Shown one piece after another: positions 53,245 through 64,000 of a DNA stretch of 64,000 nucleotides (the first letter of the stretch is position 1; each line of letters starts with the position of its first letter). The position numbers and the translations under genes are program-made. The notes beneath the pieces were generated by a model. The model ran no database searches. It had not been told where the DNA came from and saw only the letters and a list, made by a program, of their open reading frames with translations. This DNA comes from Octopus sinensis (Eukaryota), in contig NC_043007.1 of NCBI RefSeq assembly GCF_006345805.1, forward strand, positions 57,908,001 through 57,972,000, given 5' to 3'.

Positions 53245-53801
53245 AAACATTTTTAAACAAGAAAACTCACTTCATTGAAAAAATATAAAGCAAAGCCTAA
53301 CCACATTCTATTCCTTCTAAAATAATCATGTTTATTTAGTCATACCCAACATATTTGATTATCTCCCTTATATCGGAAAAAATCCTTGATTACCTTCCCC
53401 TGCCTGAACTCCATATTTCACAACATAGCGAAGACATGACACGATATAGGTAAAGAACTTTGAGAAATTTTAAAAGAAAATACGAAACCGGTTACGGGTT
53501 ATTTCTCCAAAAACTGTTACTATAAATAAAATTTTCTAACATTTTTCTAACATAACGACTTAAATATATTCTTTAAAAATATAACACAAGCTCTCTGTGT
53601 TTTTTCCACTCTTTCTTTATTTTTATACATCCAGCCACGTGCTTTCACATACCAACTCTGTCTCATATATATATATATATATACATACGCGCACACACGC
53701 CTATGCTGCATAAGTACACAAATAGACACCCACCCACCACCCCCACCCACCCACACGTATATACCTATGCACTCAGATATACACACATGTCCTAATATAT
53801 A

Positions 53802-53852
<51 letters not shown>

Positions 53853-54077
53853 TATCTATATATATATATATATTATAAATATATGCACGCAAGCAAGTAC
53901 ATATGCATGCATATATACCCATATATATGAATCCATACATATACAGATGCACGTACATATACACATACATAAACACGCATATACGCACCACATGCACCCA
54001 CCAAAAGCATATATATCTGTGTGCGGCCATACGCTCATACGCTAATATATCACAGTTTACATGTATACATATATATA

Positions 54078-54110
<33 letters not shown>

Positions 54111-54482
54111 CATGTTACCCTAATGTACACATACATGAATACGCATATACGCGCACATGCATCTTATTTATATTGAAATTTCCTCTATCACCTCTAATTT
54201 ATTCATTTATCACTCTAAACAATAAACAGAATCATAAACAGTATCATTCAGTCTGCTATAATGTATCCATAAATAAATATATAAAACATCCCAAGGTATA
54301 TTTCCCCCCTCTGAAGATATCATGCTCAGGGCATATGAATTTAATATTTAATTAATTCACTGAGTATTAATTGAAACGGCTGTAAGGGAAGATGGTTGAT
54401 TTGTTGTTGATAATAAAAAATTATTAACTTCCCAATCTCTATTTTCTTTTCTCTTTTTCTATAGCAATATAAAGTATATGGT

Positions 54483-54518
<36 letters not shown>

Positions 54519-54566
54519 GACTAATATATATAATAATATATACACATACATATATAAGATAGAGAT

Positions 54567-54600
<34 letters not shown>

Positions 54601-54683
54601 GATAGATAGATAGATAGTAGATAATAGATAGATAGATAGATAGATGAGATAGATAGATAGATGATAGATATGATAGATAGATC

Positions 54684-54763
<80 letters not shown>

Positions 54764-54877
54764 TACATTTTATTTTTAAAAAATCAATTCCCCCAAAATA
54801 TTAGGTATTGGACCAATATTTCCATGGATGACACTATCCCTTCATGAGGCTAACATAACCTCTAATCGAATTAATTG

Positions 54878-54976
54878 TAATCGAGGCTATAGTAGAAGAC
54901 ACATGTTCAAAGTGCCATGCAGTGGGACTGAACCCGTAACCATGTGGTTCGGATGCAAACTTCTCACCACACTGCC
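54878..54976 (-). mobile_element. SINE family A head fragment
   Basis: gaggctatagtagaagacac...gcagtgggactgaaccc..aaccatgtggtt. Confidence 0.75.
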
Positions 54977-55268
54977 GCAAATGAAGATAGTTTCCATTAA
55001 TCAATATTTCATATGTCTATGCTCGTTGCGTTGTCCATTTTCATGGCAATGGTCACTCGGAGTTACTTCTCTTATCTCCTTTGTATTAGAATTGGGTAAA
55101 TGTCTATAAACATGTATAAACACACACACATTCACACATACACACAAATACACACACATGAGACGCAAATAAATCTAACAGACTACATGACACTGACATA
55201 CGTTCAACAACAGAATAAAGGATTTAGGTAAACGGAATAGAGCTCAAACTGAATAAATGTGTGTGTGC

Positions 55269-55315
<47 letters not shown>

Positions 55316-55395
55316 CATATGTACATACATATCAATAAATAAACAAATAAACACCCAGCATGGTTCATAAAAATCCATATCACCAGGGAGCTTAC

Positions 55396-55479
55396 CTTTT
55401 CAATATTTACTGCAGAATCATTTACCAACAGCACCAACTCCAGCACCAACAGCAATCCAATTAAATAATAACCGATCAT
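55396..55479 (-). CDS. Candidate first coding exon of a secreted protein (MIGYYLIGLLLVLELVLLVNDSAVNIEK, phase-0 donor)
   Basis: ATG, hydrophobic stretch and AAG|GTAAGC donor, with a TCAGTT Inr-like motif at 55672-55667. No downstream exon identified. Confidence 0.4.
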
Positions 55480-55554
55480 CCAATAATAATCTTGGACAAT
55501 TGTAATGTCATGTTTAATTTCACAGTGTAGCATAAGTGATGATGTCAACTTTAC

Positions 55555-55841
<287 letters not shown>

Positions 55842-55989
55842 CTGCGTGACTACAGATATGAACACGCACATACATATAAGCATCTACATACGTGTGTGCG
55901 TAAGTGCGTATGCGTGTGTCCGTGCGTGTGTGTATGTATGCGTGTATGGTTATACATAGAGAGTTTATGTTGTGCGTTTGTGCAAGACT

Positions 55990-56040
<51 letters not shown>

Positions 56041-56145
56041 CATATTTTTATATATATATATATGTGTGTGGTGTGTGTGTGTGTGTGTGTGTAGGTATGT
56101 ATCTATATATACATACACATACATACATATATACCTACATACTAC

Positions 56146-56189
<44 letters not shown>

Positions 56190-56576
56190 CATACAACGCA
56201 CACATATACATATCTTGCGTCTAACTTTTTCTTTTGTTTGTATATGTTGTGTGAGTGTGACACACAACCCTTATGCATTATAAATAAATAAATCATAAAA
56301 CGAAAGAAAATGATAGAAACCAGTCTTGTTTGATTGATTGCTGTTGCTGCCTGTGTTGAGACAATACATGTGGTATACACTATACATGCCGAATGGGCTC
56401 CTCACCACAAGACGGTAGATATTGCAGATATTCGAAACAATCAATCATATACATACATAAATACATACATGCATACATGCATATATATATATATATACAT
56501 ATATCTATATATCTATATATCTATATATCTATATATCTATATATATATATATGCATGCATGTATGTATGTATATAT

Positions 56577-56608
<32 letters not shown>

Positions 56609-56736
56609 GTACACACACACACACTTCTAAATATATAATATATAATATGTATATACATGTATATATATACATATAATATACATGTATGTATAAATATATA
56701 TATATATATATGTATGTATGTATATATATATATATT

Positions 56737-56790
<54 letters not shown>

Positions 56791-57042
56791 CACATATATA
56801 TATGCATGTATTTGCATGTGTTCATACAAACTCGTGCGAGCATATACGTTTTTGTTTAATATATATATATATATATATCTGCGTGTGTGTAAATGAATGC
56901 AAGTGCGTGTATTCTTGCATTAACATGTGACATTTTCAATTGTAATTATTTTCATATACATTTATGCACACACATGTATCAAATAAATAAACGAAAGAAA
57001 CACATATATAAACATATATACATTCATGCAGCATATATACTT

Positions 57043-57089
<47 letters not shown>

Positions 57090-58090
57090 GGCAGACAGGC
57101 AGGCAGGCAGGCAGGCAGGCATGAGTGCGAACAGGATAGGTGCACCAGTAAAGCACATAAATGACAATAAATGAAGAATCCGTGGAACTGAATATGAAGA
57201 TTTCACCCGTATCATTAATTCCCTGTTCATGGTGTTATCTACCCATGAGGCGTATGCATTCCGGTGAAAGGAGAGTCCTCAGAGTTAAAATATCAAAAGT
57301 GATATCATCTAAATTAATATTGCGAGTAATGTATATAATGTTTCTACCTTTATCCCAGAAATGTGTAAGTATAAGAGGTCAGAAGTCATAATCTGGGACG
57401 GGGAAAGCTGAAGCAGAAACCAGTTGCTTAAAGGTTGTTTACTAAATGTGAAATGCAAGTGAGAAAAATTTCTACCTCTGTGGAATTAATGAGATATCTT
57501 CAGCTCCTATACCCGGAAAATAACTTTAGAACTATATAATTAATTAATTTAACAGCAGTCGTGGCACGCAGACATTCACAAAACCAGAAAAGCCATGGCT
57601 AATTTAGAAATATTAATTAAGTATATGTAAGTTCATATTGTGTCAAATAGGAGAAGACTGATTACTCGCATGGTGAATTTGTATAACGTGAAGAAGTGTT
57701 ACAGACGTCAACCTCACTCTCATCTGTGACCGTCTTCAATCCATTCACAAGAACTGGTCAAGACGACTGGGGATAGAGGCGGAGGCAACGGATGACCATC
57801 GTGTATTACTTGCCTCGTCCTACTCTCTGTACTCCCACCATGCGTGCTACAGCCGCCTTCCTTTCTGTTGGAGTATGACAGTTTCTTCAGTAGAGTTCGC
57901 AGGATCCAAAGATAAATGGGGTGTCAGGAGGGGTAGCATCTTCGACGGCGAAAACCCCGAATTCCTAGAAATGGTTTGTCCACTGTGGTCTCCACTTGGT
58001 ACCCAATTCGCACCTGTGGCTCCAAGTTAGCTATCATTCATAGTGGCACGTAGGTGCGTATGACCATCACTAACAAATCATCTTATCCTA

Positions 58091-59378
58091 CGAGGGACGT
58101 TCAATAAGTAATGCCCCTGACCCACATGCAGTTGTTTGATCTAGCTGAAATTTTGCATGTGCAATTATCTATATCTCTATAGATTAAGTGGCAAATTACA
58201 GCTCTGAACTAATTGTGGTTTCTGATTTACAGGTGTTTGAACTGAGTCAAGTGTGAAATGGAGCCTGTTGAGTGTCGAGCAGTGATCCGGTTTTTGTATT
58301 TGAAAGGACGCACACCACGGGAGACTTTTGATGAAATGAAAGTAACTTATGGTGATGATACTCCATCATATGACCTTGTAAAATGCTGGCATCGTGAATT
58401 CAAACATGGTCGGAACTCTGTGGAAACAGCTCCCAGATCTGGTCGCCCCCCTTCTGCCATTGATGAGGCATCTGTCCGTCAAGTTGAGGCTGCCATTTTG
58501 GAAGATCGACGCATAACTATTCGCCAAATAGCCCATGAGGTCAAGATTAGTACCGGTCTGTGGAAAACTATCATTCATGACCATTTGCATATGCAAAAGG
58601 TGTCTGCCAGATGGATTCCCAGGTTGCTCACCACCTTTCCAGAAGCAAGAACGCGTCGAGTGCTCGAGGATGAATTGGAGATGTGCCAAGAAGATGAATC
58701 AAAATTTTTCAAAAGTCTGATACACAGGATGAAACCTGGGTCCATCACTATGATCCAGAGACCAAAGCCCAGTCAATGCAGTTAGAAGCACGTGACTCAC
58801 CTCCTCCAAAGAAGGCAAGGGTGCAGCCCTCCGCTGGCAAGGTCATTGCTCACAGTCTTCTGGGATCAGGACGGAGAGTTAGTATGACAGATTTCCTGGC
58901 AAAGGGTACCACAATTACAGGAGGCTATTATGCTCACTTTGAGGAAATTAAGAGAAGCTATCAAAATCAAGAGGCGGGGCAAGATCAGCAAAGGCATCCT
59001 CCTCCTGCAGGACAACGCTACGGTCCACAACTCGCGTGTCACCAGATCAGAAGCACAGGCGTGCGGCTATGAACTCCTCCCCAATCCACCTACTCTCCTG
59101 ACCTTGAACCTCTGATTTCACCTCTTCCCAGCCATGATGTTGTTTTGAAAGAAAGCGTTTCCCAGATGATGCAGCCTTGATTTCTGAAGTCACGTTCAGG
59201 TTGGAGGACCAAGCTGGGGTCTTCTACAAAACCGGTCTCCAGAGCTGCATCAAACGATGGGAGAAATGTGTAACTCTGGGTGGCTCCTATGTAGAAAAAG
59301 ACTAATAACTGTGCCAAGTTTCGTTGTTCTACTGCTATGGGAAGTGGGTCAGGGGCATTACTTATTGAACGCCCCTCG
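58091..59378 (+). mobile_element. Full-length mariner element (1288 bp) with TA flanks
   Basis: 34-bp TIRs cgagggacgttcaataagtaatgcccctgaccca / tgggtcaggggcattacttattgaacgcccctcg (1 mismatch); TA on both sides. Confidence 0.95.
58258..59300 (+). pseudogene. mariner transposase, frameshifted
   Basis: HTH (RAVIRFL..., RSGRP), KVSARWIPR, LLQDNA.VH and ELLP.PP motifs split across frames. Confidence 0.9.
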
Positions 59379-59539
59379 TAGATGCTAAAGGCAATGGAAG
59401 TCATCAATGTCGTACTGAAATGTAAAGTGAAAAACAGCTTACATAGCACCGTTAAGACTCCTACCTACAAAGTAAAGTAGTCCAAAATCATGCAAGAGCA
59501 AAGTTTTCAGTTTCACAATGTGGTGGTTTTTATTTCGAG

Positions 59540-59720
59540 ATTTTCTCCTCTTAAAGAGATGTCTAAACAAAGACTTGTTGGGGTCTCCCATTCCCAGCTG
59601 TTGGATGACTGTTAACTCTACCGACGTGTTGCTTCAGAGTATCCCACGCAAATCATTGTCTTTATTAAGCAGGCTATGTAGGGTTGCCGATTTAGTCGCT
59701 GTTGACTGGATTGCACGTTA
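59540..59720 (-). mobile_element. Possible Tc1 transposase C-terminal fragment
   Basis: Minus-strand AWDTLKQHV resembles the segment following Tc1 NPIE; short and stop-interrupted. Confidence 0.35.
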
Positions 59721-59793
59721 CCAGTAGCACTAAGAGTTAACTGACATACATACATACATCTGTACATGTAGATATAAGAGACGCACACACAAA

Positions 59794-59832
<39 letters not shown>

Positions 59833-59989
59833 TATAATATATATATATATATAATATATATATATATGCATGTATGTGTATGTGTATATATATACGATAC
59901 ATATTATTTATATACATACATATATAGTACATACATACATACATACATACATACATACATACATACATACATACATAATGGGTATATAT

Positions 59990-60770
59990 CCCGTAAGCTA
60001 GAGTGAAATAACAATATCAACAGGAAGAGTAGCGACTTCTAGACCCGCGACAGATACATTACATCCCACCTAGAAGGGTATGCATTCGCTATCCAGGAAT
60101 AGGAGACAGTTACTAAATACCTAATAGACAAGAAGGACACCAATACCAACAAACGTCCACGTTGTGATAAAAAATGTCGGCTTCGCTATACCATTGTGGA
60201 AGATATCACCCACAACATCACCAGCTGCCCCCAAAATGTCTACGAGATACTACCTGCCCCTGAGACATTAAATAATTGCAAAGATTATTTACAATGCTAT
60301 CTGTAGTAAGGACTAACCGGGCGTATACATCAAAGGTGTGTCAGAATCAGCAGATATTTACGGCTTTAAAAACAAGGAATACTAGCGGAACACCCCAATA
60401 ACAAACATCGATTCGGTGCTAACATAACAAACACGATTGTTCTGTGAGACAGGGAACCAAAGTCATGCACCGCTGTAGAGGCAAGCTGCCCGGCGGATGT
60501 GAATGTATAATCAAATGTCCAGTAAAAAGAGAAAATTTATGACAAATTAATGCAGAACTAACATCTCTTGTACCATGACTATGAATTCTCCTTTGTACCT
60601 ATCACTAAAGGTGTATTAAGTCATGTACCAACAAATTTGCACAAAAAACTTGAAATATCCGGTTTCACAGGAAAAGCGCAAGAGAAACAGACGAGGATTC
60701 TCTAAATCCATTCTATTAGTGGCACAGTAAAGATTTTTAAGACATTCCAAAAATCTTCATCTGAGATTCT
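59990..60770 (+). mobile_element. R4/Dong-like RLE non-LTR element C-terminal fragment
   Basis: YAFAIQE, CDKKCRL...ITHNITSCP, RH.IIAKIIY, YEFSFVPI..G.L pattern, frameshifted. Confidence 0.6.
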
Positions 60771-61286
60771 TATGTGAATAGATGCACACACTTGGGCGTA
60801 TATATCGACATCTCAACCAGCACACCAGCTTGACCACATATTTACAAGCACTGGGAACTCTCTTAACTCAAAAAGTCTTGCTGCTTTGTTAACAACAGGC
60901 TTAAACTCTCTCAAGAAGAACTTAAATTAAACTCAAAGGAAAAATATAATGCATTCATACCTAGACATACGTAGACATACGTGTGTCTACGTATGTATAT
61001 GAGTCTATAAAATTTATTTTCCATTGGCTCTTTATTACTTTTATTATTGTAGGGGAAAGCAGTCTTGCAAGAAAGTATAGCTTTATTCATTTGTGTATAA
61101 CGGTGGCCGTGAGTGTGCTTTTTTCGAAGGTGTTAATCACAAGAACGAAACTTTAGAGAGTCGTGCGTCAGTCATGATACCTTATTACCTCCGGACACAC
61201 TCACACACAAAGATGGCCGCAGTTAAAATATTTTTAGAGTTTCCTGTAACTACCAAGTGTTTGTAAGTGTTTGTACATGTATGTGT

Positions 61287-61346
<60 letters not shown>

Positions 61347-61825
61347 GCGTCTGTGTGTGTACAATATTACATCCTATTATAAATATATAATACGCTGTAG
61401 AAGTTTTATCTTTATTTATTAAGGATTTTTTTCTTATTTCCTCTTTCGTGCTTTATATTTTGTTTGGAACAATAAAATGTTTCTCGGACCATCAACGTTT
61501 CCAGACCTTGCCAGTTATTAGTGGTGTTTGTTATTGCCGTTTTATTATAGGAAAGAATCATGGGAATGATGTTGTGTTAATGATTATATCATTATTTCTG
61601 GACTTTATATTTTAGCTTACCATTAACGGCAGATTACGTTCAGCGACCAGGAAATGGTGTATGGCGTTAGTTTGTTATTAGGGCGGGGGTTAGGAGGGTC
61701 AGTTACATAGATATATTGTTTTTAATATAGCTTCCGTGAACAATCTTTTACTTTTGGGAAAAAAATCTATATATATATGATTGTGTTATCAACTAATGTT
61801 TTCATATTTAGGTTTGTAAAGTGTG

Positions 61826-61882
<57 letters not shown>

Positions 61883-61910
61883 TAATAATAATAATAATAA
61901 TAATAAAAAC

Positions 61911-61986
<76 letters not shown>

Positions 61987-62010
61987 CAATAATAATAATA
62001 ATAATAATAA
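61826..62010. repeat. (AAT)n microsatellite, about 185 bp
   Basis: Direct reading. Confidence 0.95.
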
Positions 62011-62435
62011 CGTATTGCAATAGTGTCTTGTTTCAGATTCATAGCCAGATGATGTGAAATAATGATACACGAATGTTTAGTATAACATTGGGTCATGAAG
62101 TATATAACTGAGGTTTGCAGAGAAATTTGTAAATGACATTTGACTTTTAAAATACATTCTATACTCACATGGGCGCGAACACAAACACATATATATTTGT
62201 ACTTGTGTGTGTATGTGTGTGAGTGCGTGCGTTTGTGTGCGCGCGCGCGGTATGTGGGACAGTGTGTGTGTGTGTGTGTGTTAACATTTCGTTTACACAT
62301 AGCGATACTAATAATCTAGTGTTAGGACTTAGTATATGTATACTTCAGCAAAATATTGTTAGTCGCGTAGAGAGCGCAATAAAATATTATAAAAATTACA
62401 AGGCAACAAGAAAGTGATATAATGACCTTCATTTG

Positions 62436-62513
62436 CTTCAGCTGTTTCTGCTATAAAATAAATTGCACTCGCAATCCAGTGCTTGTGTATCACCCAATAG
62501 CCTCGTCGGAGTC
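62436..62513 (-). other. Degenerate hammerhead-like motif
   Basis: Minus strand ccgacga-g-gctat...atagc-a-gaaacagctga; core and cleavage triplet mutated. Confidence 0.4.
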
Positions 62514-64000
62514 TCAAACATGAAGTACAATTTTATTTGAGAAAGCATTTCTATACGTGAGAAACATCACCAAAATGTAGAATTGAATTTGAAAAGAAAA
62601 AGCCTCACTCAGAAAAGTTTATATTTAGATGATTTTGTATACATATGTATACACAGATGAGCATACGATGATACCCTATATAAGTAGTTATTTATATACA
62701 TAGATAGAATATAGACTGAATGTGTATGTTAATACAGGTTGAACGTATGAATAACTATAAAGAAGTTGAGAGGGAGAGAGGAAGGAGAGAAATCAAAGAC
62801 ATTTCAGAAGTTTAGACGTCCATAGGACTGCCCAACATAAGGATTCTAACGAGATAGACAATTAGCAAAATTCTATAATGAGAGGTTTGAAAAACACGTG
62901 TGTTTTCATTCACACGTGTTATGGGGTGATCAGTATAGCGTACGTTGCTTTTAGTAGCGGTGTCAACTCTTTCTGGTTTGGCATTGGTTTTAAGTAATTT
63001 TTTCTAGCTTTTCATAGTTCATCATTTTTCCTTTTATTTTGAAACAACAAATATTTTGAATTTTCCATTTGCACAAAGGTTTAAATGTTCCCTACATGGA
63101 ACATATCTAACAGATGATTTGTTGCTTATGTTCTCTATCTTGCTGTATTAATTTTGAACCCGTTTGGCCGATATAATTCTCATTAAATTGGGTTTGCAGC
63201 AAATCGTATTTGCTCTTCATATTTGCATTAACCTTCAATTCTTTCTAATTCTCGGATGTTTTAGCTTTTCTCTTTTCATTCACTTCACACGTCCAACAAC
63301 GAAGATTGGTAAAAAGGTTAGCAACTGGAAAGATCTACACAGAGAGTTTATCCAACGAACATCAAATATAGTTGAGAATGAATCGTGGCGATGGAAATTG
63401 GTCAATGCCTTATGAGAGAGACTTACAGAAACATGTGCAGAAACATGTGCGTGTGAGTATTATGTATGTATGTATGTGTGTATGTATGTATGTATGTATG
63501 TATCTATCTATCTATCTATCTATCTATATATCTGTTTATATATCTATCTATCTATATATCTATTTATTCATCTATTATCTATTTATTTATTTATCTATCT
63601 ACCTATATATACACATATAACATTATATATTTACGCACACACATACACACACACGCGCGCGCACATACACATACACATATACATTACTGGTGGAGTTAGA
63701 TGGTACAACACCTCACTGTGACCGGTGATTTCTTCCCAATATGGAGTCCTCGAAATGATAGAGCATCTGCGAAACTGGAAAAATGCGTATATAATAATGA
63801 GCGGTATAGAGTGGCTTAACAGATTCTTTATTTCTTCAGCTAGAGAGTATGTGTTTTGTAGATCAACTCCTGTATAAAGCAGTCATAATTTAGACTATCC
63901 ACTAATGTAACAGTCACACACATGATTTTTTACATTGCAGATTACTTGGGCTCTTGACTGAGAAAGGAACCTTGGCATGCCTTCTCTGAGGCAACGGTGC

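Overview
AT-rich eukaryotic genomic DNA saturated with microsatellites. The SINE families and overall composition look like an octopus/cephalopod genome; this is an inference from memory of such repeats, not a database result. I could not recognise any complete host gene. The best candidate is one minus-strand exon encoding a signal-peptide-like stretch (55396-55479). The rest is decayed transposable elements: three Tx1/L1-clade LINE copies plus an ORF1 piece, two CR1/L2-group LINE fragments, two R4/Dong-like RLE fragments, a Penelope-like element, mariner/Tc1/maT DNA transposons, MITEs, and several tRNA-derived SINE families. The most striking unexplained structure is at 31321-33140: a roughly 530-bp non-coding unit in tandem direct copies plus one inverted copy. 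Three copies carry a complete type I hammerhead ribozyme consensus, an architecture resembling retrozymes or Penelope pLTRs. More hammerhead motifs, most of them degenerate, occur elsewhere, often inside long fold-back elements. Tx1 junctions repeatedly abut microsatellites, which suggests possible repeat targeting. Most ORFs in the supplied track are microsatellite translation artefacts. Coordinates were read by eye; element ends are approximate unless TIRs are given.
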